Origin: Paraglomus brasilianum | Taxonomy: Eukaryota | NCBI GenBank assembly: GCA_910592345.1 | Contig: CAJVPI010000046.1 | Span: 1 to 64,000 of the forward strand | DNA length: 64,000 nt | Direction: 5' to 3' | Shown: positions 1-13,576 of the stretch, piece by piece | How the letters are laid out: each line of letters begins with the position of its first letter | How positions within the stretch are numbered: position 1 is the first letter of the stretch | Translations under genes and position numbers: made by a program | The notes under the pieces: generated by a model | Told to the model about the DNA's origin: nothing | What the model saw: the letters and a program-made list of their open reading frames with translations, nothing else | Databases searched by the model: none

Positions 1-87
1 AGGTGTGGACTTCAGATTAATAGAGATCTAAATGGCGCCCGGGGAATTTTTCTCCGGGCATTGCTTGATGGAGCCTTGGTTATGTAA
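1..87 (+). CDS. C-terminal end of an IS607-type TnpB/Fanzor2 nuclease (partial, runs off the window start)
   Basis: Frame +1 reads RCGLQINRDLNGARGIFLRALLDGALVM*. This matches the end of the zinc finger plus RuvC-III motif (CG...xRDxNGARGI) of IS607 TnpB/Fanzor2. Confidence 0.8.
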   Translation, partial: RCGLQINRDLNGARGIFLRALLDGALVM

Positions 88-140
88 CATAGCTATGCCA
101 ATTGATTGATTATAGTTGACTATTTTTGATCGATTCAATC
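88..140 (+). mobile_element. Putative right end / omegaRNA scaffold region of the Fanzor2 element
   Basis: Directly 3' of the Fanzor stop codon. Contains palindromes CATAGCTATG and ATAGT-TG-ACTAT, and GATTGA...TCAATC pairing. Exact boundary inferred. Confidence 0.45.
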
Positions 141-650
141 CATCCGAACATGAGATGTAAGTCGATACTTTTGATGTAATAATTCAGACTAGGCAATGGT
201 TGAGTATGCGCGTTAGAGACTTGCTTAGCGCTTATAACTACGAAGATTATTTATCAGTAAACGTTAATAAGCTATTGGAGCCATAGTAACAGACTGAGAG
301 CAACACAAAGATATAATCTGTGTTATGTATTAATCATAAGCGAAACATATAGTGTATAATGAAAGCTTGTATTTACTTCCTACTCGAAAATTTAACAAAG
401 GCATATCGAATCAAAACCTCAACTTTGAATTAAAAATTAACGGACGTTTTTTCGTTATGTTCTATCATTATCTAACATATCTTCTCTTAGATTTAGATGT
501 GCACATTGTACGTTAACTAGGCTGGGCGTAGATTAAGCGACCATTTATTTCTTTACTCGAGTTTCTTCTTACTCTCTAACCATAACATCTTAATTAGTCG
601 AATCGAAGATGTTTTTTCCGAGGGCATGGATTTGATGCTGTGTTTATAGC

Positions 651-758
651 GGGAGGCAATCATTTCATCGACAATAATTTCACCGACAAATATTCACCAA
701 CATTATTTCGAAGTTATCCTTTTTTGGTAGTTAATTGTCGATGAAATAATACGGACCC
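651..758. mobile_element. Mutator-like MITE with 9-bp target-site duplication
   Basis: GTTTATAGC at 642-650 and 759-767 flanks a GGG...CCC element with inverted repeats ATTTCATCGACAAT / ATTGTCGATGAAAT. Confidence 0.7.
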
Positions 759-1235
759 GTTTATAGCGTATCAAGTTTGGTGCTTATTCATAACTGACAG
801 AATAGCCAGCTACCGAATTAATGATGGGAGACAATCTTATTAGATAGCGGAGAATTCAAATTCGTGTCAGCGGGAGAATTTCAGCGTAAATACGTTTGAA
901 ATAATACGTTTACTTGCAGAACATGACTAACAGATAACAATTGCTTTCCATTAATCTGTTGATTTACTGCCTATAGCTTTGCGCGTTTGTAAAACCAGAT
1001 GGAGGGTTTCCTCCTATACAACATACTCTCGTGCAAAATATTTTATAAATTTGCTAGACTAGAAAATCGTCCATCATTGAATTACTGGTTTTTCCGAAAA
1101 TGCTCTTTGTCAGGAAAACAGTGTGATCCCCAATTATATACAACAAAATGCGTTTGCTTGCGCGGTTCTTACATTAATACTAGTTTACATTTATTTACAA
1201 CAGACTTTTATTGTCTCTTTCCGTTTTCGTAAACA

Positions 1236-1931
1236 TGGTTAACACAAAGACTTGAAGCCTAGCGTCAAACTATTTCTCATTATTGGCCAATGGCATTGTT
1301 TTGGCAAAACGGGCACCATAGAATGTTACACAAACGCTTCTTCTCTTACACCTTGTTGTATTAGCGAAAACACGCATATGTCTATCTGGAGGCATATGAA
1401 AATAGAGACATCATAGTTCTGTTACTTTTGCAATTTTAATATCGTATGGAGGCAACGAAAACGTGGGCGCAGCTCACTTAAAGAAGAATTGGAATAAACC
1501 CATATTTTACAGATGAGACGACTTTCAATCTTTTAGGAACAAGATGTCTAGATGGCATGAAGACAAAAATATGCCCATCAGACGTCTACCAAAAGATTAT
1601 GGCATGGGGGAGAATTTTTTTAAAAGGTAAAGCACCTTTGTTTGGCTTTACAGACATTATGGATAGCCAAAATACAATTCAAGTCATGGACCGGCCATCC
1701 AATAGTCCTGACTTAAAATGTGTGGCAAATAATGTAGAGAAACGTATATTACAAGATATTTGGTGAATTAAAACAATATATGATTGAAGAATGTGATATT
1801 AAACAGAAAAGAAAATAATAGAGATCGAATTTCATAGTAAACATTTATTTGGTTAATAAAACTGTATAATAAGTTTTAAGTCTGCAAATTTTGTTCTGTG
1901 CTTCGAGCGCCATTCTTTTCGTTGCCCACTG
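1236..1931 (+). mobile_element. Degenerate Tc1/mariner transposase relic
   Basis: Fragments such as IFTDETTFNL, KIMAWG and VMDRPSNSPDL (WPxxSPDL-like) are broken by stops and frameshifts. Ends in ...CCCACTG-TA, a Tc1-type terminus. Confidence 0.65.
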
Positions 1932-2311
1932 TACGGTAAATACAGTATATTAACATAAATATCTTTATTTTTATATCGCAACGGGCTGAGGAAAAATTAT
2001 CAAAATTTATGAGAAAGTTTGTATATTATATATTACAAATCATATGACAATACAGAATAATAATGATCTGGTTTTCCTTCAGAAAACGTTCGTAATAATT
2101 TTGGGGTTTCTGTGTAAACAGTAACAAAACATGTAATAAAACTCTCTTTCAAACATAGCATTATTGTAGTAAAATCCTTGCAAAGTACTCTCTTTGTACG
2201 CGCGTATTTGATGTTTTCGCGCAAATATTCTTTTGTGCCACCTTCATCAGATCACAGGCCAAAAGATTTTCCTCGTCTTCAACCGCATACCCTACTTTGA
2301 CAAAACGCACA

Positions 2312-4684
2312 ATGCAGGCGCCAGTGATTGTAATGAGTAAGTCATATATATTGCTGGCCTTTACGTGTTATGCTTGCCTCTTCTTGTCGAGTGTCTCAGC
2401 TTACGTATCTTTTACTATTTACTCTTACTCAACCCGTTAGATACAAATATCGACCGGGAAACCGGTCGCAAAGCCCAAATGTCCAACATCACAGCGGCAA
2501 AAACTGTTGCCGATATCATCCGCACTTGTCTCGGCCCTCGGTCAATGCTAAAAATGTTACTTGATCCAATGGGTGGTGTGGTTTTGACAAATGACGGTAA
2601 TGCGATATTGAGAGAGGTTGAAGTGGCACATCCTGCCGCAAAAAGTATGATCGAGTTGAGCAGAACGCAAGACGAAGAGGTTGGCGACGGGACAACTAGT
2701 GTTATTATTATAGGTGAGTATGGAGAATATAGAGTCATTTTTTTGGTATATATCAAGGTATGCGTTTGAATTTCTGGATCAGGCAATCGATCTGTCTTAC
2801 CAAAATCCGAAATTAAAATGTTGTCTTCGACTTTGAACCATTAATTCTCGACTTTTGCATCGCTTACTTTGCTTTTTTTACTCTGACAGCCGGTGAGGTG
2901 TTGGCAGAGGCTCTACCCTATCTTGAACGTAACATACATCCAATTGTCATCATCTCGGCTTTTAAGAAAGCACTTGAAGATGCTGTCACCACGATCACAG
3001 AAATCTCAAAACCGGTGGATACAAATGACGAAAATGAAATGATGAAACTCGTTAAGAGCTCTATTGCTACGAAATTTGTAAGCAGATGGAGTGATTTAAT
3101 GTGTACGCTAGCCTTACTGGCTGTGAGAACTGTTGTAAAAGAAGAAGATGGAAAAAGAGAAGTAGATATTAAACGTTACGCAAGAGTTGAGAAGGTTTGT
3201 TTTTCACATCATCATAGTTGGTATATCCACTTGTGTTTGTATGAGTAATTTGTGTTGTCTTTCTTGACAGGTTCCAGGTGGGGAAATCGAAGAATCTAAA
3301 GTTCTAGACGGCATAATGCTAAACAAAGATGTGACACATCCGCATATGCGTCGACGTATTGAAAATCCGCGAATTGTCCTCCTCGACTGTCCTCTCGAGT
3401 ACAAAAAAGGAGAGTCACAGACTAATGCAGAAATTACTGATGAAAACCATTGGAATCGCCTATTACAGATCGAGGAAGAACAGATTAAAGAAATGTGTGA
3501 AAAGATTATTGCTGTAAAACCTGATTTGGTACTCACTGAGAAAGGTGTTTCTGGTGAGTGGTTGGAATTCATTAAGAGAACACAACGAGTTTTTTTTGCG
3601 AGCAGTAATATGATTGTTGGCAGAATGTATCGATTGTGTTTCTGCTAGCGATGTTTGGAGCACTTATTAATAGTCATGCTGGTACCATCAGACCTCGCGC
3701 AGCACTACCTCATGAAGGCAAATATTTCTGCCATACGCCGCGTCAGAAAGACGGATAACAATCGCATTGCCCGCGCGGTTGGAGCAACAATCGTCAACCG
3801 CGTAGACGACCTGAAAGAAAACGATGTCGGAACGGAATGTGGCTTATTCCTTATCGACAAAATTGGCGACGAGTAAGAATTTTCGCCACGCGTAAACTTT
3901 ATCCGGAATGTCTTAAAAAAAAAAAAAACTCATTCCACTTTTGTATTTCAGATACTTCACTTTCCTAACAAAATGTAAAAACCCCAAAGCCTGCACAATC
4001 CTCTTACGGGGTCCGTCAAAGGACATTCTCAATGAAATCGAACGCAATCTCCAAGATGCAATGTGTGTTGCTCGCAATGTCTTCTTTGCTCCTTTGTTAT
4101 CGCCAGGGGGTGGTGCAACTGAAATGGCGGTTAGCGTAAAGTTGGCAGAGAAGGCAAAGTCGTTAGAGGGTGTTGAGCAATGGCCTTATAAAGCAGTTGC
4201 AGACGCGATGGAGGTTATACCACGGACGTTAGTACAGAATTGTGGTGGGAATGCGATCAAGGTTTTGACCCAGCTGAGGGTAAGTGAACGTGGGAAGAGT
4301 ATATAGTGTCGAATTACAAAATAAGATATAATGCAATGAAAAATGTAAATTTACTGTTTTTAGGCCAAACATGCTACTGGGAACCATACATGGGGAATTG
4401 ACGGTCTGACAGGCGAGGTGGTTGATATGAATGAATATGGTGTATGGGAGCCGCACGCGGTCAAAGTACAAACCATCAAGACTGCAATCGAGGTGATTAT
4501 AATATTGACTTGGTTATCTTTCCTCTTTGCGTGAATTAACTCGTATATGTCTTTCGCATAGTCTGCCTGTCTGCTTCTGAGGGTAGACGATATTGTTTCT
4601 GGAATTTCCAAAAAGAAGTCTGGTGGGGCACCAACATCTGCACCGCCCGATGCCGAGGGTGGGGAGGTTGAGGGTGAGCGATAG
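2312..4684 (+). CDS. CCT3: T-complex protein 1 subunit gamma (CCT3), multi-exon
   Basis: Starts MQAPVIVM followed by a GTAAGT intron. Exons encode GRKAQMSNITAAKTVADIIRTCLGP, GDGTTSV, RYARVEKVPGG and LRVDDIVSG. Stop TAG at 4682-4684. Confidence 0.97.
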
Positions 4685-5148
4685 GTTTACAAGAAAGCAT
4701 GTCACTAATAATAAAGTCCATTAGTTCAAATACACGTGATTGAATAATAAAACATGTAATGGGGCTTTGGGAGTCTGGCTTTATAAAAAATTGCCTTGCA
4801 GAGGACGTTAAGATATGCTTTTGGTTAGAGAGTGATCATCACTAAATTTATTCCTTGAATAAAGTCAGGCAAAGAATACAAAATTCTGAATCGAGAATAA
4901 ATAAAGACAACGGGCAAAGAAGAGGGAGAAAAGAAATGATTCCGTTTTCACTCTCTTACACACTTCCGCTCACCTCTATTCTTATTAATAATAATTAGAT
5001 GAATTAATTTGGTTGTAATAAAAGAAAAGTTTGTAATCTCTTACAAAGAATATTATTATTTTCAATTAATTGATGGAAACAAGAAACAAATAAGAGTTTT
5101 ATATATGCATCTGAATCTCTCCGTCGCCACCACCATTCTTGTCATTAC

Positions 5149-6168
5149 TTAAACTTTGACGCTCAAGTCATAAAGAGGTAGGCTTATAGGTGACAGATCA
5201 GGTGTTAGCAAGACACCAGCAAAGCAGTACCAAACGACCATTGAGGTAATAATGCCGATTATACCGGCAATATTAATGAATATTTGGACCATAGTGAAAT
5301 GATAGATGGTCTCAAATACAAACACGATTGTGAGAAGAACAAAGGCGGTGAGAACGGCACCACTTGTTCGGATGCAAGCCAAGGTGAAAATGAATGTAAC
5401 TAGATACGCGCAGATAATTGATTATATGTTAGTGACAAGTTATTCGTGTCTCAAAAAAGAAATTACGCAAACTTGGGAGAACAGTACTTACAGACAGTCC
5501 AAGCTATACAATATACAGCCAAAGCATTGTGATATTGTGTCTCTTGGAAAACTCCATTAGCATCAACAAATGCTTGGTTGACGTTCTTAATGGGATACAA
5601 GATGGGTGCCGTTTAAGTGAATTTTGTCAAGCATCGGAAATATTTAAAGACATAGCGCGATAATACTTACGAAAGAGGGAATAAATATGACACCGTACGA
5701 GGCCCAGAACCCACCAAAGGCACCAAAGCCTGTTGCGCCAAAAGTGTTTCCTACTCTCATTTCCCACATACCAGCTGCAAACTAATTGTATACATAATTA
5801 TTAGTTGTCATATGTTCCACGCCAATCATGGGAATTGAACTTTATCATTCATTCTTGTTTTACATTACCTGAACAATGCCACCGGTAAACAAACAGACTC
5901 CAACAGCAACATTTGGAATATCGATTCCAAATGCGCGACAGTTATAGAAGGAGATTACCATTACGGACAAGGCGAAAGCAGATAATCCCAGCGGTGTGGG
6001 ATTAGCAAGCTTTGGAGCTGGTGGGTGATGATAGTACCTCTTGTATGAGGTTGATGGTCTGAGGTCGCTTGTGGTTGCCCTGAGTTCGCCTAGTCGGTCA
6101 TTTTTCTCACGTTTTTCCGTTGGCTTGAACTCTTGCACGTAAATGTTTGACGACTTTTCTCCCGGCAT
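5149..6168 (-). CDS. GPR1/FUN34/YaaH (Ato/Ady2) family acetate/ammonia transporter, multi-exon
   Basis: Signature LANPTPLGLSAFAL; a later exon reads FAAGMWEMRVGNTFGATGFGAFGGFWASYG; hydrophobic TM segments in the last exon. Confidence 0.9.
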
Positions 6169-7215
6169 TCTGAATGAATGTTTATTCTATCAATTTCAGT
6201 AATTATTAAATGAGTTGATGTTTATAGATAGCTAGTTAGAAGTTGGCTTCTATAGCTAGGTTTTTGATGCGGGAGAGTGTAAAGAGATAAGTATTCGAGG
6301 TGAGAGAAGGCAGGGTTATATATGGATTATGTGACATAGTATAGAAGAGTATTGCTACAAGATTATTTCTGTTTTTGGTTCATTTCCCCACGAACATTGT
6401 CAAACACGTGTTTATGTTGCAACAATGCTACGTATACATCGGAGAATTTTCTAAATATTAACTTTGTGTTACTTTTTTATGTAGATCATATGCCAAAATA
6501 CCTGCATTCATTCTGCACGATACACAGACCAATCTCTAACGGCAATCTAATCTTTTTAGTGGAAAATCATCTCGTGTATTCGTAAAACGTCTATAAAGGT
6601 AGGCCTTTCCTTCTCTGGCATACCCCATACACAATAAACCAAAAAAGGACAATCCCCACAACAAGCACGCCCATTCACGAGAATGTGAAGCAAGGTAAAT
6701 GCGCGGAATAACGAATAGACAATAAGCAGCAACCCAAAGGCTGAATACTCTTTTTGTCAGTCCGAAAGGCTGGAAATGTTGATGATGCAGTTAGGTGATT
6801 GAAAAAGTCAACAGTCATATCGCTGTAAACACAGGTGTGGGCCGAATAAAAATTGCGTATGACGAAAATTTCCTAACGAAAAAAATTCCATAACATGTCT
6901 CCTTTCTCCTTGACGTAAAGAACCATTTTTTGCCATTTGCAATTCTTACCTACTCTATTTGAAGGATACAACCTGGACATTGTGCGACAAACACATATTC
7001 TGACTAAAAATATTATCGAGCCACCCTCTTTGCCATCAATTCTTAACTAAGTGACTACACCGAAGCATCCATTGTCAATCTTATTATGAAGCCCTTGTAG
7101 AGAATCGCGTTTGATATAATCGATACACGCAAAAGCGGAGAAGCCACTAAAATGGAGAAGCCACTAAAATGTTTATTACGGAACTTTGTTCGGTATTGGA
7201 CGTCTGACGTACGCA

Positions 7216-7557
7216 CCCTACCAAAAGTCTTCGGTAGGCCTTGAATCCAAATCTTTGTAATCTGTGACAGCAATGATTAGATATTGTTATAAAGCTAATT
7301 GATTGCGCCTGCCGAACAAAATAATGTTAAATTAAATATTATCAATACAAAGCTATATATCGTCAGTGTATATAAAAACACACATATTTATACGTGTGAC
7401 ATCTCTATCAAACTGCGGCTCTGGCGGTTAACCGTAGTTGGACAATAAAGTTTTATATCATGCAACTTTGTATCGACAATATACTTTAATCCATCATCAG
7501 CACGATACCGAATCATTACTATTTCGATTCAAGGCCTGCCGAAGACTTTCGGTAGGG
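7216..7557. mobile_element. Non-autonomous element with ~32-bp terminal inverted repeats
   Basis: CCCTACCAAAAGTCTTCGGTAGGCCTTGAATC (7216-7247) is the near-perfect reverse complement of 7526-7557. No internal ORF of note. Confidence 0.65.
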
Positions 7558-8952
7558 AAGTGTAGTTCATAGAAGACTAACTATTATTGTTTATTTTTCT
7601 AGAATAAGAATTGCATTAGTCATGATTCATTACTTGAATCACAATAAATTTGTTATTGTGTAGGTCAATCATCTCAATGTGACATGATCTTTACAGCGGT
7701 TTATTATGTCACATGGTGACATTCTTTAACATGATTTTGCACGTTTAGCTTTATGCATTCGATTAAACAAGAGAACCGCTAGTATAAACGTGGATGCAAA
7801 GACAAACTTTCATACATCAGATTACTGTCTGTTCCTAAAGTTTACACACGTTTGTTGGGAAAATTATTCCTTGAAGACCATTATATTGACGGTTAACTCC
7901 AAGTCGATGCTAATGATTTTTCCTTTCCTTAATTCAGCTAAAGTTGACTATTCCAGATACGCTACATAAAGGCGCAACCGATCAAATATTACTACATAAC
8001 TAAACACACATATAGTATGTGAGTTCATACATTAATAAATAACGCCTTTTGGTTCTAGATTCGCACGGCCGAGACGTTCTATTATAAGATACAGGTACAT
8101 TGGAAAGTGCGCAATCTTTTTGATCAATTAGAATTATCAAAAAACCGCGCAGGATGAATGATTGGCGCGCACATTCCAACCGAATTGATCAACATGAAAA
8201 ACATATGAAAATCAGTTCATTTCAGAGGCAGCAAGCATGCTAAATAGTAGAGCCGGAAATTCAATTTGTACTAAACTTTAAAAGGAGTTTGTGCGCTCAA
8301 TGCTCGATAACTTTCTTAAAAGTTTATTTTACGTCTTCCCGAACCTTCTGATTATGAATGTATGTACGTGAATTGAGTATGGGAATAGTAAATAGAATGT
8401 CGCTAACACTAAGTTTACTAACAGATGTAATTGCGGTCCAGTGCTGAGGTCAGCAGCTCGCAGGGATACAGAGTATCAACGTATTGCATGTCAGTTCTAA
8501 ATTAAAAATGAAAATCGCATTGAACATGGCTTATTAAGGAGTCGCAGAGTGTTTAACGTCTCGACTCTATTTATGCTTTTTACGTGACTGATCCAGCATA
8601 CAATGCCACCTGATTAATTTGCATACTAATACCATCTTGTTCTGGAAAGACATTCAAGATAGTAATCAACACAACCCTATGTAATCCTCTCTCACAAGCT
8701 GTTAATCTATTGCATGATCCAACTTACCAGCATTCTTACCAGCATAACGTGAACACTGTTCTATTACTTTGTATATAAGTGGTCAGATATCACGTGCTGA
8801 AAGAACAAAAATTCCAACCTTTCAAGCTGCTCTTTCTACTATAATCATCATGAGCATAACACACTGTCCTTTACACTTCTACCTTTCTCTTTGCCATCCC
8901 CTCTTGCTCTCTCTTTGGATCTGTCTCGTGCATTTTTCTGATTCCTCTCAAA

Positions 8953-10169
8953 ATGGAAACAAGTTCAGCTGAGATCGAGGCAACCATTCGCGATCTAGAA
9001 TCGAATTTGAACGAATTAAAGGAACTCTTGCTCCTTGCTCCCGATGAGCAAGACCTGAAGCAATGTGTTCAAGATCTGGAAGAGCTTGTTGCCATGCATC
9101 ACGAACACCTAATTGAGGCCACAAAACGAGAACTTGAGGCAGCAGATACGATTAAAGTAAACCAAAGCGGCTTGACAGAGGGTCTGGCATTAGTATCACA
9201 AGAAGACGGTGAGAATGAACAGGAGAATGATGGTTTTATAGGCGACACCTCTCCCAAAGCAGACGAAGAAGAAGCAGGGACGGGGGAAGAAGAGGACATG
9301 GGGGAAACCAAGGAGATTGATAGTTATGATGCTAACAAGGAAACCTCTGGTTCTCCTTGGGATGCATATTCTGTTATGGGCTCATCAGATACATTGAACG
9401 ATCCTAATGTGAACTTTGCTGAATGGGAAAAGCATACGCGCGGCATTGGAAGCAGGCTATTGGCAAAGATGGGATATAAACAGGCACGGATCGTTTTCCA
9501 TTTTTGAGAAGAGGATCGGAGAAAAACTGCAAAACTGCGGGAAGCATGCTTAATAATAACAAACATGACGGCTTTGTTTTCCCACTCATTTATACAACTT
9601 TGCTTATACAATAACAGGGTGAAGGTCTTGGCAAGTCTAAAGAGGGCATAATCAATCCGATCGAAGTTCGTCTCATCAAGCAAGGTGTCTCGCTAGACTA
9701 TATCTCTACCAACGGCAAAAAGGTTAAACCGCCGAAACCTAAACCCGAACCTAAACCTGATGGCTTTTTCGATTTCCTCAACTCTTCTCTAAATACTACG
9801 AGTAATACCCGCGTATCATCGTCACCACTAGTATCCTCCTTATCGTCGTCATCGTCGTCGTCATCGACTAGACCTGCTTTTTCAAATGCATTGCATCAAC
9901 CCAACGTGTCGTCAAGAAATGACAAGCATCAGAACAAGAATGTCGCTTTGTTTAATCTGGAACGTGAATTGGCTATAGTTGAAAAGGAATTGGTTAAAGC
10001 GCGTCAGTCGCTTACTCGGAACGAGGGCAAGGACCCGGCGATGGCCAGCAGGTTCAGAGCAAGAGTTAGGGCGTTAGAAGCTAATTGTGAAGAATTGCGG
10101 CGGAGAGAAAGAGAGCTTGGAGATGGATTAAAGAAGGAGAGGGGCAGGAAGCAGATGCTCAAATTTTAG
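8953..10169 (+). CDS. G-patch domain protein, ZGPAT-like (2 exons, intron ~9484-9617)
   Basis: N-terminal helical segment, G-patch FAEWEKHTRGIGSRLLAKMGYKQ|GEGLGKSKEGIINPIEV, and a C-terminal coiled coil ending RKQMLKF (ZGPAT-like). Confidence 0.8.
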
Positions 10170-10334
10170 TGTTTTGAAGGAGTATTAAGTTATGATAACT
10201 ATATATACATATAGAATTTTGATATCAATATTTTACCTTAACAAAGTAAATGCAAGCTATTTTGTGTCAAACGTCTGATAGTAAGATGGGATTATGGGAG
10301 GGAAATCATACTGATCACGGGGGGGGAAAAGACT

Positions 10335-10788
10335 TGGGTCAAGAGACATTGGGTCAACCGCGTACAGGAAAAAGGAATACTTTCCTCTCGAGTAGATAAC
10401 TTTTATAAGAGCATTGTAGTCAGTCAGTCAGTCATATCACATCATAGGGGATAATGTTTGCATGGTTTATTTAATGACCATTGGGTCAAGAGACATTGGG
10501 TCAACCGCGCAACTTGTCACGTACAGGAAAAAGGAATACTTTCCTCTCGAGTAGATAACTTTTATAAGAGCATTGTAGTCAGTCAGTCAGTCATATCACA
10601 TCATAGGGGATAATGTTTGCATGGTTTATTTAATAACCATTGGGTCAAGAGACATTGGGTCAACCGCGCAACTTGTCACGTACAGGAAAAAGAATGCTTT
10701 CCTCTCGAGCATAGATAACTTTTACAAGAGCATCGTAGTCAGTCAGTCATATCACATCATGGGGGGGATAATGTTTGCATGGTTTATT
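10335..10788. repeat. Three tandem copies of a ~160-bp unit
   Basis: Unit TTGGGTCAAGAGACATTGGGTCAACCGCG...GATAATGTTTGCATGGTTTATT recurs at ~10335, ~10480 and ~10640; the first copy has a short deletion. Confidence 0.92.
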
Positions 10789-11628
10789 GTTCAGCAGCGA
10801 CTGTAAGAAAATTGCCTAATTACATTGGAACAAATAAAAGTCCCCTGAACAATCTCTGCAACTTTTTATTCACACACACACAAGCAACCCCTGTCTGTCT
10901 TGTCCTGTTTAAAACCTGAATGGTTCTTTGTTCCATCTTATTCATGGTTCAAAAAAGGTTAAGAGCTTTTGTAAAAATTTGGGCATCATACCAAAAATTA
11001 TTTATAGTACGCGCACTATAATCAGAATGTTCGGCAAAGGCAAGCTGCGATGACGTTTAAATATGGCTGCAATAATTAACGATATATCTTGATTATTATT
11101 ATTGTCTTTGTAACAAATAAAATTTTCGGGTAGAAGATCCAACATTTAGTGTTGTATGTAACATGTATTGGTTAATTGCAAGCTTTTTATTTTTGGTTCA
11201 ACATTTAGATTTTATATACTCTTTTTCTTTTTTTTTTTCCTTTCTGATTTGCATTATTATCCCTTCTCTCTTCTTTTATCTTTACAGTTTGCGAATATTT
11301 TGAATGATGCGGATGCTTATTGACATGAATTAAATCTGTGTGACTGTGAATTAAATTAGAGTTGGGATGGTTTTTGACGATATATATAATTCAAACAATT
11401 TACACGATAATAGAGTAGATGACGATTAATCATCTTAAATAAACATTTCAGAGTATATGTAACATTAAAGGAACACTATCCCAGCATTCTCTTTTCTTTT
11501 TTTCTTTTTGCTGTTGTGTAAATCTCTTTTTTTTCTCTTCTTCTTCAGTTCCTCAATATTGCTGTAAACATAAAGCTATAGTATTTTGTATATAGGAAAA
11601 TTTTTAAAAATTTTTATTCACAATTCCG

Positions 11629-13541
11629 TCACTCTTCGCTCTTCTGACTCTGCAAATAAGTTTCCATTTCTTTAGCGTATCTCGCCTTGTCTGCTGATGC
11701 TTTCTGTTCCCAAGGAGATTTCTCTTCAGGAGTCAACGCTCTCCATTTCTTAGCAATAATCTGACTAATAAACCCAACAGTCTTTCCTGGATTTTCCTGA
11801 GTAATCTCCGGTCTGACATCACTGGCGTAGAATAAGAACCCGGACATTGGATGTTTTGGCGCAGTAGGATGTCGTGCGCGCTTCTTCTTGCGACCACGAG
11901 GATCCTTGTGATGTGTACCGTCATCGTGGCGCTTACGCCGAGGGCGAGTGTCTTCCTCAGCGCTAGATTCCTCATTGTAGTTGCGTTTCTTGGTCGAACT
12001 AAGACCCGCGGCTGCTAATTCTGCTTTAGAACGGCGCGTATACACAAAGTCGGGGTTATTGGTGTGGAATTCATCTTTTATCTGACGGGCTAGTTGAAGA
12101 TAGTTTTCGCGTTGATCCTATTATTTAAGAAAAATAGTGTTTTAGAAAATTTTGGTCGGTAATGTGAGATAAAATTTTAAAAGTTGTCAGATATTTACCC
12201 CTGGCATAGAACGCCAACTGTCGCCAATAGTTTTCGAAATCTCTGCTACAGTCATATTAGGATTTTTCTGTAAAACTTTTGGTCGCATCTCTTTGTTATA
12301 TAGTAAGAATGCATTCATCGGTCGCTTCAATTTACGATCTCTCTTTGATGAACTGGGAGGGGCGGCGGCGGCGGCAGCGGCGGCAGCAGCGACAGCAATA
12401 GCTTGGGCCTTCTAACAATCAGACGAATAAGATTAACTTCACAATAAATACTCATACAAGCAAATACACACACATAATATAGCACGTCTTCGTGCCATAT
12501 ATCCTCACGACAGCGACACTCACCTTTGATTTTCCAACAGGAGCACCACGTCCTTTCCCACCAGGCGACTGTGTATACGAGGCAGATCTTCCAGAACTAA
12601 CCGATGCACTTGACACACTACTAGAACTGGCACTCTTTCCACTACGTTTGTGCTTGTGAGTAGAGTTTGAACGACGAGAGTACTTGTATCCAGGATTATT
12701 GTTTGTAAATTCCTCCTTTAACAGTTTGGCTTTCTCAACATAACGATCCTTTTTTTCCGCTTCCATCCGCTTCCATTCATTGCCAAGCTTCTTGCTTAGA
12801 TCTGCAGTAGTCAATCTAGGATCAGCCTTTTGCAACTGCGGTCGTCTCTCGCCAGAGAAAATCAGGAACGCGTTCATAGGCCGCTTTGTTCTTTGAGCGT
12901 CACCTCCCTTCACTGGCGCTACCGATGACGGTCCCTCTTTACTTGGTCCGGCTACATTCTTACTTATGCTACTTGATGCGCTCGGAGATGGACTAGGCTT
13001 TGTTATAGGGACAGGCGGTGTAGGCGTCTGCTGTGAAGGTATGCCACCACCTGGTAACACGGGACGCTGTTGCGGTTTCTGTAGCTGTTGGACGGGTGCT
13101 TGAGGATGAGGAGGAATAGATTGCTGTGGATGAGTTTGAGGATGTGCCATGTGCTGATGCTGTGGTGGTTGTGTCTGCGTGGGCGGCTGTGCTGGTGGCG
13201 GCTGTATTGCTTTTTGAACTACTGTTTTTGTCATCCGTGGAGATTTTGTTGGTGCTGGTTGATACATTGCTTGTCGACCAGAAGGTATTTGAGGACTAGT
13301 ATTATAGGCTTGGTATGGACTTCGGCCCGCTTGTGCTTGTGCCTGTGCCTGTGCTTGCGCTTGCACTTGAGCCTGTGCCTGAGCCTGTGCCTGCGCTTGC
13401 GCTTGCGCCTGTGCCTGTGCCTGTGCTTGAGCCTGTGCCTGTGCCTGTACCTGTGCAGCCTGCGCCTGTGCTTGCTGTGCTGCTGCTTGTTGAGCTTGTT
13501 GAGCTTGTTGTTGTTGATGATGATGATGATGTTGTTGTTGC

Positions 13542-13576
<35 letters not shown>

